Positions 1 to 12,078 of a stretch of 64,000 bases of DNA are shown here, in pieces; position 1 is the stretch's first letter, and each line of letters begins with the position of its first letter. Where the stretch lies: assembly GCA_035084275.1 (NCBI GenBank), contig CM068750.1:8742001-8806000 (forward strand), written 5' to 3'. The translations under genes were made by a program, and so were the position numbers. Source of the stretch: Hydrolagus colliei. Lineage: Eukaryota. A model generated the notes under the pieces. That model made no database searches. It worked only from the letters and a program-made list of their open reading frames with translations, and was not told the DNA's origin.

Positions 1-354
1 TTCAAGGTTGCCAATCAACTGGCTTTTGAAGGCACAGCTGTTATTTCTCCAGGCAGTTGAAATCACCAAGACGACTTCCTATATGGTGTGAAAGGAGGCA
101 AGTTGTAAATCACCCAGTAATGGAAAGACGTACCAGAATCTGCCTCCTGGGATGAAGGATCACTGTTGTTTTAGGGTAGAATACAAAGAGGGGGATGTAT
201 CTGAAGAGGAGGAGAGTGGGCATGGGGGAAGGCAGAGAAGAGTGTGTAATTGGGGGAGTGACAATAATGGAAAATGGTGTGTGTGTGTCCAGAATTTGAA
301 CATAGAGGAATGGTGGGCAGGGGGTGGGTGAGGGGGTGGGAGAGGGTGCAGAAC

Positions 355-640
355 GATGACAACAGCAAAGTTACATTTTATAGCACCTTTTGCGTCAGAA
401 GGCACTGGACAATTGGGGGGTTTATATCCAAGCTGGGCATTGGAATTAGATGTGGAGGGTAGGGTGGGATAGGAGCATGGTTGAAAGTATGATCAGCAGA
501 ATGTCTTGAGATGGGTCTTGAACCTGGCAAGGAAGGGGATTCTTGGATGGAATGGTGTTAATAGGTTGCAGAAGTGGGGAGGAGCAAGGCCGTTTAGTGC
601 TTTAAAAGTGAGGATAAGGATCGTAAACTTTTAAATGAGT
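355..640 (-). mobile_element. Old L2 LINE 3' fragment
   Basis: Reverse-strand tail (acaacagcaaagttacattttatagcacctttt) followed by purine-rich sequence resembling the reverse complement of an L2 ORF2 end, similar to 25962-26552. Confidence 0.6.
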
Positions 641-1055
641 GTCAACAACCAGCACAGGGAGTGAAGAATGTGGGAGGTGTTTGAGAGAAACGAGCGAAGG
701 AAACTAGAGAACCAGGGCAGCCATTGTGAAATGACCCTGGTTCTACCTCCTTTAAGTACGAGTTGTTATTCATTGCAGATTGTGGCAATTCAACACCATA
801 CCTGCTGCAGGATTTTAGTTTCCTTGTGTTTTTAATTATGCAGTGGTATGAAGGTAACAAACCTAAGCAGTGCCTTGCAGTGTCTGTCAGTTCCAGTTAG
901 GAGCGCAAATGAAAACCTCAGGCTGCGCATCACTTGCGGCCTATCTGGTTGGGACAAGACTGACATTTTGATTATCTCTGGCAGGAAAAGTAATTTTATC
1001 TGATGAAGTTCACATCTGCTTAACAGTTTGCAAATGAAATATGTGTGATGTAGAT

Positions 1056-1349
1056 GTGGAGTCCTGTAGTTCAGTGATTAGAGCACTCGCCTTGCAAACG
1101 AGAGACCTGGGTTTGATTCCAGGCAGGGTGAATCCTTGGGCAAGTTTCCTTACTCCACACACCTGATAATAATCCCTCGAAAAAAAATTGGTCATTTCAA
1201 TCCTGTTTGTGGGACACTACTGTGCGCAATTGGCTGCCGCATTTCGCCCACAACTATACAGTCAATTCACTTTGCAGCATATTCTGTAAAGCGCTTTGAG
1301 ACGTCTAGAAGATGTGAAAAGCACTATATCAAATGCAAGGATTATTATT
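1056..1349 (+). mobile_element. Full-length tRNA(Ala)-derived SINE with L2-type tail (short subfamily)
   Basis: A-box-like tagttcagtga (~1067), anticodon arm ctcgc-cttgcaa-acgag (TGC), B-box-like ggtttgattcc (1110-1120), body gtttgtgggacactactgtgcgcaattggctgcc, tail gcgctttgagacgtc...gatgtgaaaagcactatatcaaatgcaagg(att)n. Homologous copies at 39724 and 60434. Confidence 0.93.
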
Positions 1350-3340
1350 GAAACTCTTTGAATTTTGAGAGCAGTCACAATCTAGAGGGAATGATCCTGT
1401 GATGCTGTTCCCACTCACCCCCCCCACCCTCTCCACCCAGCGCCCCCATCCCACTCTCCCGCCCCACCTATCCCCTAGGCATTTTGCTCTTCCTGTTGCA
1501 TTGTGACCACATTAGTTACAGGATTTTCAAGGCTCGTGAGAAAGTTGTTGCAGGGGAGGGTGAGTCATATTTTCATTATCTGACTTTAAATTGTTTAAAA
1601 TTAACTGTTTTATGTTAACAAATGTTGTTGATAGCTTTGAAGAGCAGAAGATGTAAGACATACCTGTGTCTTACATTGGATTTCATGGACCACGGGCAAA
1701 GGAGGTGACAACTGGAGAACAGCAATAGGACATAATTGAAACGCAGAGATGCAGCACTGGCAACAGTAGAAAGAGCAACTACAGCTATATGCTGCAGGGA
1801 GAATATTTCCTGTTCTGGTAAATGTCTCCATTCCCTGAATGTGCTCAGAGTCCCTTTTATGTGCATTACTTCCAAAAGGTGTGAGCAGAGAAAAACTGTT
1901 CCATGGCTTTGCAGTTGCTGGACAATTGGAAGGCAATCCTGTTCAATTCTGTCATCAGAAGATTCACCCTGGCCAGTTATACCATCTGTTGATATTTGAA
2001 AGGAGAAAATTAAAAGTCACAGCTACAATGACTTTCCAGGCAGCACATAATGATTGTGAAAATTTGAATCTCTGACACTACTTAGAATGTCTCTCACAGG
2101 CAGTTATCAATCTTGGCCCATGTCTATGAATGGTCCAGGAATGCCTATTGAGTTCTCTGAAAATCAAACCAAACAAGGGAAAGTCAGTGGATACCACATC
2201 TATAGACCTTTAAGAAAGTCCATTAGGAGAACATTTCTGTTATGTGACATTGAGCACTCATTAAAAATGATAGTGTAGGGAGGTCAATGTAAATTGCACA
2301 AGGTAAATTTATGAACAGGCAGGCTTTGATAAGATGTAGAACACAATCGTTGACTTTTCAACATTACTTTTACAGTCACTCATAATCATTTGTATTTGTG
2401 TTGAATTGATGAGCAATATTCCATTACCTCTGATTACTATTACATGATAGCTACATATTTCACTTAGTCTTCAGGCTTTGGTCATGGGTTAAATAATGAG
2501 TGAAGCAAGTGATACTTAGGGAGTAGAATCTTTCAAGTAGATGAGTGGCAACATGAGTCAGATCACCAGTTTATGGCTACTCTAGTAATTTCAGAAATAT
2601 TATTTTAACGGGCGTTACACTGTTTGTCCAAAATATAAGCAGGGCTGCTGGTGGAATAAAAATACATTATTCTGAAGTCAAAGTGCTATTGGAGCAACTA
2701 TACTAACAGCAGATTTGACTCCCAAGAGTTAGATAATATAGTGATGCCAACCATCTGACACCAGCTAACATTCAGTGATTACTGGCAAGGGTTATATGCA
2801 AATGAGATGACATTCCCGTCAGTGGGATGTTGGAGCCAGCAGTCTTCATTTGTCAGTATGCCACTTGTATAGTTCATGATGTATCTGCTGTCAGTGATTT
2901 TGTGCAGATGCTTTATTTTGGTGTCTCACTTCTTTCTGTGCCACCAGTTAGCTCTGGTGTTAGGCCAGAGGTCAGTTGGGTTGTTTGCAGTTGCCCTCCT
3001 TCCAACTTGCTGGAGATTTAAATTTTTTTGTGAATATTTGGCTTCCATTGGATTACTTAGTCTAGTGGTCAATGCACTTAGGTCTTACTTTATACATTGC
3101 CTGATATCCTTGGCAGTGGTCGATGTTTCCTTGTAGCATGACTAAGTCTCAATGACTTAATGTGGTTGTCATTTCTTATCCTGGCCAAACAAATTGCCTG
3201 TGGATGAGTTGACTACATTCAGAAAAGCTCTGCCTGCTTTCTGTCCTTCACTTTTGTGAATCTCTAAAACTGTTCTCTGCTGTCATTCTTATAATATTTT
3301 CCGCCATCCCTCTAATAATATTTTCTTTGAGATGATTAGC

Positions 3341-3993
3341 CACTCCCATTAGACACTGATAAGGTTGGTAAATATGAACTGTGACTGTGCTAAATACATA
3401 TCATATAGGTTATTGGTCATAATCAATTTATTGTAAAACAGATGGATTTTGGTGAGCTCTAAATTTATAACAGAAATGCAGGCTTCTCCACACTTACGCG
3501 TTACTCAGAACGTGCAGACCAAAGGTGAGGACAACAGTGAATACTTTCAAGAATACAAGTTGAGTAATGTTTGTTCAAAGTAATCAGACATCAAGTGTTT
3601 CAAATAAAATAGTAAGCAAACAGTGAAGAATCAAAAACTTTCCGGCAGTGATCAAACACATTTTAGTCATTGTTGTTGCTGGGAAATCTTAAATAGAATT
3701 TGAGACAAAGTAGCCTAAACTGATCAAAGATTTTATTCTTAATCTCTGGTGTCATTAACAAATGGAATGGTGGATGAGGCGAGGACACCAGACTTGTTTT
3801 TCTTACAAACATGCTGCATTATGTAATTTTGTTGTTGTTGTAAAGGAGACTGCTGAACTGGATGATGTAGAATTGAAATTGGTTTGAATGCACAGGTCAA
3901 AGTTTTCAAATCTGCTGCCAATTTATCCAAGGCACTCCCATTAGATACTGACAAGGTTGGTAAATATGAACTGTGACTGTGCTAAATACATAT
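3341..3993 (+). repeat. 61-bp direct repeat pair (3341-3401 and 3933-3993)
   Basis: cactcccattaga[c/t]actga[t/c]aaggttggtaaatatgaactgtgactgtgctaaatacatat occurs twice with 2 mismatches. Confidence 0.93.
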
Positions 3994-4969
3994 TTATATC
4001 GACAACATCAATAAACCAGTGGCCCATGAACAGTGCCAATGCGGCAGCATTGTAGAAAATATATCTAAATGTCTCTACCAAATGTATTAGTTCATTTAGG
4101 CCGTTTGATTGAGTCGTCGGTTCATTTGGCTTTGGTTGATCATGATTAACATTACTTAATGATGTGCCAAAGCAGTAATAGGTGTTAATTGTATTACCAG
4201 ATGTGGGTTGAAACCTCTGTTAAGTGAGCAGCACAACACGCTCAAGTTAATGTCCTGCTTGCAGCTTTTGCAGTCAAAGTTCAGGGAAGGTTTTATCCAG
4301 TGGAAAATATACCTGAAAGTAAATGGATTGTAAACTGGAATGAGAGAAAACATCTGTTGAAAGATAGCAATGTTCCATGCGCGGATCAGTTAGCACTCTT
4401 TTCTTTTGGCAAAATTCGCAATTTCTGGGCTGGAAAATGAAAGGAGGTCATTCAAATTTGTCTCCTTAGTGGAATCATGGAAAACAAATGCTGTGCTTAG
4501 TGGAAGTTGATTCTTGGCCATTTCCATGTAATTTGTAAAGTAATGGGTGAGTGAGTACCTGTGTTTCGCACTTCTATCGCTGGTGGAAAAATTGTGTTTT
4601 TAAAAATCATATTGCTTGGAGTTAGCCATGAGTTTCCACAGATTGCCCTGAATATTTTGAGGGAAATTGTTGTGTCTTAGTACTGTATCTGCTAGTTGTT
4701 AAAAATAATTACCTTCATGATGAACAACTCTATAAAGGTTGTTTGACTAAGTGTGCTTTTCTCGTCCGCTTTATGTAAATACTACCCCGTATGCAGACTG
4801 ATTGGAAATTACTGTACTTTGGTTGAGAGAATCTGTCATTTGTGATAAATAACCATTTTATGATGTTAGTAGTATTAACAAGATTACTGTAATATTTTGA
4901 CATCATACAGATAATAAACAATTCTTGCATTTTTGCAATACAATTGTTACACTGTATTTCAATCCCATT

Positions 4970-5197
4970 TGGAGTCCTGTGGCTTAGCAGTGAGAGCACT
5001 CGCCCCACAAGCGAGAGGACTTAGATTGATTCCTGGGCAGGGTGAAATATTGGACAAGTTTTGGTACTCCAAACTCTCTTCACCTAACAATAAGTAGGAA
5101 CCCTGTTGGTTAGTCGATTGGCAGGTTGCTTTTCTGAGGATACTAATCTTTTTAAAAAGTAATGAAACGTCTCGAAGGCGAGATAAGATTATTATTT
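4970..5197 (+). mobile_element. tRNA-SINE, long subfamily, 3' body deleted
   Basis: Head ggagtcctgtggcttagcagtgagagcactcgcc matches the 1056 copy. It continues into cttcacctaacaataagtaggaaccc...ttagtcgattggcag, shared with the 44051-44410 copy, and ends in gattattatt. Confidence 0.8.
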
Positions 5198-5746
5198 TGT
5201 GATGGTTCTTTCTTGAAGGGATTGCATTCTTAGGACACTGAGAAGCTTTATTTTGAGCATGTAATCTATAAACATTTATGGAAGGCAAAAGAAAAAAGAA
5301 CACACAACTACTGATTTGCAAGGGTCAGATTACAATTGCATCAGAGTCCCATTAAAAAAGTAAACGGTTCACTTCTTTCTCTTCACTCCCCCCATCTCCA
5401 CCCTGCATTAATCAATAAATGCATTATGCATTGCGCTATAGTGAAGATTTCAAGGAAATTGTGTTAAGCCATGGAAGTAAACACAGCTGGAATTGGCAAC
5501 AATAGTCAACATTACGAATGATTTTATCTCCGTAGAAGATAAAAACACAATACTGTATAATTAGAAAATGGAAGTTTATCCTTATGTTTGTTTTTACACA
5601 TCATAACTAACTCCCAAGTGCTACTGAAAGATGATTGCGTGCGTTTATGAAAGAAATATGTTATAATAAATATTTTTCCAATAAAACTTATTGGAATGAA
5701 AATGTATCCTGGCAGATTAAACTATGGCTAACCAACACCTCAACTT

Positions 5747-5810
5747 TTCAGTGCCTTGGGACATCCTCCCAACATAAAAGGCACTATACAAATGTAATCT
5801 TGTTGTTGTT
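5747..5810 (+). mobile_element. L2 3'-terminal remnant with (TTG)n tail
   Basis: tcagtgccttgggacatcctcccaacataaaaggcactatacaaatgtaatcttgttgttgtt matches the end of the L2 at 44885-45146. Confidence 0.8.
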
Positions 5811-8399
5811 GGCTGCAAAATTAATGTCCTACAATGATAACTGTGGCTTGTTATTGTTGAAAAATATGGTGCGACAATCACCTATGTCAAAAATAATACA
5901 GTACAAGATTTAAAAAGTGATACCAGTTCAGTAGAGGTGTGGGTGTTAATTATCAGAAGGAACAAGTTGGAAAAGGGAACCAGATATCTGAGCCATAGGC
6001 CATCTCTATTCTTGTATGTTCCTATTACCATAAATAGTTGCTTCACATCTTGGCTGCCAAACTGAAAATGTTGAATTCCCAACCCTCTCTCACCTTAGGC
6101 ACCAACTTGACGTTTACAATTACCTTCCATCTAGTTCTAACTCAGTTTACTTAAGGAACACTTGGCCAGTGATACTCAACATCCTGTTTACCAGAATGTA
6201 TTTTTGTTTGTAAACTCAGTACATTTAAAACAGGGCTCTACTGTTTACCTTCTCATGCCTTGGATTAATTCAGACTCCAAAGAGCACATTTGTTATTGAT
6301 GGTCCAGACATCCTCCAAACACACAATTGAACCATTTTAAATTGGTACATACATAAATACTTTAGGCTTAAACTGACGTCAGATAACTTGGAAGTGGTGA
6401 GACGTTAGAGCCTGCAAAGGAATTAGTTGGAGGAATCTGAACATTTTGCTTCAGGGGAAAATATGTTTTTAAAATATTGATTACAATATGACCAGCTTCC
6501 GAATATTTGTTTGATGCACAGTGAGTTAATTGTTTAATGATTTGGCTAAGGGATGTTTTCAAAACAGATTAACTGTATTAGGTATTCTTGACGTCATTGT
6601 AGTTTGGAAATCATGAAGGATCGTGTATATTTCTATGTGCCAAGTTTCGATCCATTAATGTCTATGTTGAGCCCTATATAACTGCAAGTGATTACTTGTA
6701 CATGCCTTTAGGTAATTGTAGCCACTCCCTACAATAAACTGCTTGTCTTTTCTAATTACTAAAAGCTGAAACTAGTGTTTGTTTTATATACTGCATAATG
6801 GTTGAAATTATTTTATTACTCATCCTTTTGTGGACTTGTAGACCTATGGTTAATCTGAGGAACCACAAAATATGAACCTCATATTGTATATACAAACCAA
6901 TTTTAACTTGCCAAGTTTTGGTTTATCTGGAATTTGGTTCATACCTCATTAAACTTTCAATGCAAGAAAAGGTGGTGAATGTTATTATAACTGTTCTTCC
7001 ATGCTTTAGGGTTTTCTGTTCCTGTAAAGTGGAATTATCAAGATGAGCTTAAATATGAGAGTGCAATGAGACTTTAATGCTTGCATTGTTTGCATTTCAT
7101 ATAGTGTCTTCTCACAGGGGGAGAGGTGTGTGGTTGGGATGGTTGTATGTTGTGTGTGCAAAAAGATTAATGAACAGGTTTGGGGTGCACTGCCTGCAAT
7201 ACATATTCTGGATGTGAATAATTCATAAAATGACACAGAATTACCTAGATTGTACGGCACTCAAACAGGGCAAGACAACTAGTTTGGGCAGTTTTTATAC
7301 TCCACTTGAACTGCCGCTTCCACTTGTCCCATCCAAGAGCACCCCCACATCACCACTAACTCCCAAACCCTTTATTGTAGTTAGATTTTTTTGTAAAGTA
7401 TATCTGGATTCACAAGCTCACATAGATAGCCTTGTAACAACAACAAACTTGTACACACTTGTATAGTGCCTTTTGTGTCAGGTGAATGTCTCAAGGTGCT
7501 TTAACAGCTATTATGAATATTTTAAAGAAACTTTCTAATTAATGTACTATCATTTCTTCAATGAATTTGAGTAGTAAGCAACAAATTACATTTGTATAGT
7601 ACTTTACATGTTGGTAGATTATCCGAAGGGAGAGTAGGGGTTAGAAAGTTGACCAAAAGCGTGATCCAAGAAAACAAGCAAAAAGTAGATAGGTAGGTAT
7701 CCAGGTGTTTTATTATTAATAATACTCCTTGCGTGCTGTTGTAGAGTTCTGGCAAAAGTTGGAAAATTCCATTTGTGGGTGATTTGGTTTCCTCCCAACG
7801 TGAAAGACGCTCTATAAATGTAATTTTGTGGTTGTTTGGGCATGCTGAAACAATACTAATTGCTTACTTCACAGGAGGTATTTTCACACCAGAAGCTCTT
7901 AAGCAAAATCTTTTTGGTTCGGAGAATACATTTGATGAGAACAGTCCAAACAGTTGTACATTAACTGCCTGGTTTACTTAGTGATGATGTTTTGTCTTGT
8001 GAATCCTTTAAGAGAAGAGAAGAGAAGAGGAAGTCAAAATTAACCAATGTCATACAACATTACTTTTGTTTGTCATATGGAATTATAAGAAGTCCCAGCC
8101 TCTTCATTCTGTTTCTACTTTTAAGTTTGGGGCAATCTTGGATAAGGAGGAACTATAGAACTGGAATGACTCCAGATGCAAAGATAGAAAGATTATATTC
8201 TCAGCAGAATGCAATCCTGTTGGGTGTATTCACCAGACTGGTCCAACCATTTTCAGTTTTTGCCCTTGTAATTATATACATTTTGAAGTCCTAAGAATGA
8301 AATACAAGCCTAGTGTAGCAGACACCCAACCTTCCACCAGTTATATTGTTAGGGAAAAGATTTGATTGACTGGCCTGAGCACCCATACTTTTGCCCATT

Positions 8400-8706
8400 A
8401 CATACGCTGTTGTGTGCAATTTGGCTGCCACGTTTTGCCCACAAATATACAGTTGGTTTTCCTGCTCTCCTTTCCTCCTACCCCAACCCCTCCCCTTGCC
8501 CTCTTTCCCCCCTTTCTCCCCTGACCCCACTTCCACGGCTGTTTATGGGACACTGCTGTGCGCAATTTGGCTGCCACGTTTCACCCACAAATATACAGTG
8601 AATTCTCCTACTCTCCTTCATCCTGCCCCGACCCCTCCCCACCTGCTCTTGTCTCTACCTGATTGTACAGTGCCTATCGATGTGAAAGGCACTATATAAT
8701 GTAAGT
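8400..8706 (+). mobile_element. Tandem pair of SINE-body/pyrimidine-rich units ending in an L2 tail
   Basis: tgtg[t/c]gcaatttggctgccacgttt..cccacaaatatacagt occurs at ~8411 and ~8557, each followed by a C-rich tract. The second unit ends gatgtgaaaggcactatataatgtaag. Confidence 0.75.
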
Positions 8707-8874
8707 TTTGATTGGTTGATTGTTTGACATCTTCATTTAGTCTTTTCAGCTGTACAGAGTTTCGCTTTTCAGTCATAAGAATATGTATTTCTGTGTCTCC
8801 CATTAAATGGTCTCATGATTCTCTCGATTATCTCCTTAAACTTCCTTATTTTCTAGTTCTTCCTAGTTATATTA

Positions 8875-8960
8875 GGTGAAGCGTTTTGAGACATCTAGAA
8901 GACTGAAAAGCACTATATCAAACCAAGGATTATTATTATTATTATTGATTATTATTGATT
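8875..8960 (+). mobile_element. Isolated SINE/L2 tail with (TTA)n
   Basis: gaagcgttttgagacatctagaagactgaaaagcactatatcaaaccaaggattattatt matches the tail of the 1056 copy. Confidence 0.8.
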
Positions 8961-8982
8961 GGCTGCAGTCTTAATTGCTACG

Positions 8983-9039
8983 ATAACAGCTTACATTTAT
9001 ATAGCGCCCTTCACACCAGACGGTGTTTCAGAGTGCTTA
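8983..9039 (-). mobile_element. L2 3'-terminal remnant
   Basis: acagcttacatttatatagcgcccttcacaccagacggtgtttcagagtgctt resembles the tail of the L2 at 25962. Confidence 0.65.
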
Positions 9040-10713
9040 AAACTACCTCCAGTATTGAAATGAAATGCCCTGATCTTTCTTGTTGGGGGCTGAGAGCAGC
9101 TGTTGGACAAGAGAGGGTCGGAGATTTCCAATGACTAGAATTGTTTTGATTCTTTTGACCTTACTGCTTGCACATTACATGGAAACACCCCATTAGCTAC
9201 TTGTTAGTTTGGTTTATCAGGTAACACAATCTTTTCCCTTTGACATTTCTTTTAAATTATCCAACATATATTTTCAATTACAAAATATGGATATTATTTC
9301 TTGAGACATAGCTGAGATTTCCATTGTCCTTGTATGTCTTACAAAATGTGCTGGTACAAAAGTCCTTAACTTTAACAATGCTGTAAAGAAGTCCTTAACT
9401 TTAAGAATGTTTAACTGGGAAATATTATTCCTGGTAAAAATGGGGAAGGGGACAGCTAAAAAGGGTATAGAATTGTGTATTAAATATTTTATTTTGGCTG
9501 TATTCTGTTATTTCAGATATTCAGCCAAATAAATTTTTGTGGGCCTGAAATGTTTTATACTTGGAATTTAATCTGTTTCTTAGAGCTGTATGGCTAGACA
9601 GGGAGCAAAGAAAATGTGCGTCATAAACATACTGACCAACATAATACATAATATTTTAATGCACAGTGTGTTGGGTCAAATGTGGGAGTATTTCATGAAC
9701 CCACAATGGTTTGAAAGTAGCCGGATATTTTACTGGGATTTTTTTTCCTACTTGGATTGTTTCCTATGTTTGTAATGCTGTGTGTGTTTATGCAGTTTCA
9801 GTGAGCAGCAAAAATCTGCCCCCAAAATATTATGACGCATCCAGCCATAATCCACCTGCAACATTTTTCTTTCTGTTTAAAAAGGACTATGTAGAATTAG
9901 TTTTGATGTGGAAGAACATCTGACAGGTGACCACAGTGACCAAAATGCTGAAAAAATTAACATTATTGTTGGACTTTTACAAAAGGGTATTGGGTGTAAA
10001 TTAAAAGGCATAACTCAACAGCAAGATAACTGCGTATTTATGACAATTAGGCACAGACTCGATTTTATGTAGTCCTTGCATATATTTGGAGCATGTCAGG
10101 TAGGCAATAGCTGTACATAATGCAAAACACATATTTAAAGAGTCCATATCTCATTTGTTGATGCAGCTGCATCTACAAAGATAGTAATGTTTCTGTAAAA
10201 TGGAAACTGCGGGTTTGCCTATAGCTAAACAATCCACAAAAGATAGAGCATGGTAGTGTTTTGTAATTGTTTCAGAAACTGGAAATTAACTCTTTACTAA
10301 CTCCATGCCACAATGGTATGCTTGGACTGTCTTCATGAAGGAAGAGTAGCTTGGGGTACATCGTTGATATTTCCAGTTGATCTAGCAACCATGTTTGTTG
10401 CCTCTTAATGATAAAAGACAATTCAGCTTGAATTGAGCACCATGCACTACGTTGTATTTATTTTTTTAAATGCGCGGTGGAAAATTCACTACCCTTTCTC
10501 CACGTGAAATCAACCAGGAGAGATTAATCAAGTGATGGAATTTAAGGAAAAACAAAATCTTGGAATAGATGTGGCCCTAGAATAAATCTAGCTATCCAGC
10601 TGTTGATTATACTTCTGTGCCAGCAGACCAAACACATTGTTTGCAGTAACTCTATTGGCGATGTGTGAGCTGATTTTTACTGGTAGAATGTTAAGTAATG
10701 TTAGGTAAATTAA

Positions 10714-10852
10714 ACTGCGGATAATAATCCCTCGGGGGTGGTGGAGGGAACAAAAACAATCATAAATTGGTCGTTTCAATCCATGACTGTTTGTGGGACA
10801 CTGCTGTGTGCAATTGGCTGCTGCGTTTCTTCCACAAATACACAGTTAATCC
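10714..10852 (+). mobile_element. Internal fragment of the tRNA-SINE family
   Basis: gataataatccctcg...aattggtcgtttcaatcc...tgtttgtgggacactgctgtgtgcaattggctg matches the body of the 1056 copy. Confidence 0.8.
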
Positions 10853-11944
10853 AATTTCCAAGTGATTTGGGTCAGCTTGCTTAATTATTACAAGTACTGG
10901 CATATGCGGTGTGTGTTAACAGCTTGGGGTGTCTTGGTTCAAGGGGGAGGGGCAGCGAAATAGGATGGGGGAAAGCCCTAAACCACAGTTTTGATTGGGC
11001 TTGCAATCCTGTGTATTATCAACATTCACATTTAGAAACTTCCATTTAAGGACTATAAAGTGCAGCAAGTGCTGTTTTCCAGTTAATTTACTTTCCACTT
11101 GCTGATACAGGTCTTCTTAGTATTTCTCTGTGTTTGATTGTGATAAGGAAAATATAACACTATTTATAGTTGTTTGATAACCAGTTGGATGATGTTGTTT
11201 CCCTTTTCTTATACTTGACAAAACGAAAATCAATATATGCATAGGTACATTCTTCCAAGAAGTTAAACAAGATAGCAATGCTACATAGCCATAACTCGAC
11301 TTGCAGGAAATACCATAGTAACATGCAAACTCAAGTACACGGATAACACCCAGCCAAGTTGGAAAAGTTTCCCAGTGGATGATTAATACTGTACTCGCAT
11401 TGTTTACCGCTGCCTCTTCACTTCATGATGCAGATTGCTGAAGGTTACGTGCTGGATAGGTGGAAGGATTTTTCTGGACGCTCTTCCCTTCTGGAATTCA
11501 GTTCTGACTGACTGAGACATGTCTGAGACAGCCTTTTTGTGTTGCTTTACGTGCAAAGCCACCATTGTGTGGATATGGTTCAATGACTCATCTAAACTTT
11601 GGAACAGGGCTGGTGATGTTTGCATGTTTCCCTATCTCTTGCCTTTTTGAATCTAGGTCAGTTGATTCTAGGATTTTTTTTAATAACCATGGATAATGGA
11701 AACTTTAATGGTGCCATAGTTTCCACCCCCGACTACTGTCACATTGAATAAGTTAGTTGTTATAGTTCTGTTTCTAAGAATTCTGCCACCCTATACAATG
11801 CCAGAGGAAATTAATTTGTACTGAAGGAATACATTTTATCCTCTTTCCTGCTTTCTTCCCCTCCCCACCCACTCCACTTCATAAAACCAAATCCAACCAC
11901 TAAACCATTGTCGTAACTTTGAAAACTTTTTTATGCTCTGTGCA

Positions 11945-12078
11945 TAAATGCAGTGCGGAAGAGAACAATGAGGATGATGTCCAGTATTAGAGGAATTATC
12001 TAAAAGCAACAGTCAGACGAGCAAATTCAGTCTGGAGAGAAGATATCTCAGAGGGAACTTTGTAGAGGTGTATATGAC
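11945..12078 (+). mobile_element. Degenerate CR1 LINE ORF2 C-terminal fragment
   Basis: ttcagtctggagagaagatatctcagagggaactttgtagaggtgtat translates FSLERRYLRGNFVEVY, matching the CR1 motif FSLEKRRLRGDLIEVY. Confidence 0.7.

Noticed and set aside
312-346. G-quadruplex-like G-tracts (also 45870-45894)
   Set aside because: Probably low-complexity or L2 UTR-derived; no evidence of function.
1056-1130. tRNA-Ala gene
   Set aside because: The acceptor stem is incomplete and the sequence runs into a repeated SINE body and tail, so it is a SINE head.
1651-1676. 10-bp hairpin atgtaagaca/tgtcttacat (also a 9-bp one at 51433-51457)
   Set aside because: Close to chance expectation in 64 kb of AT-rich DNA.
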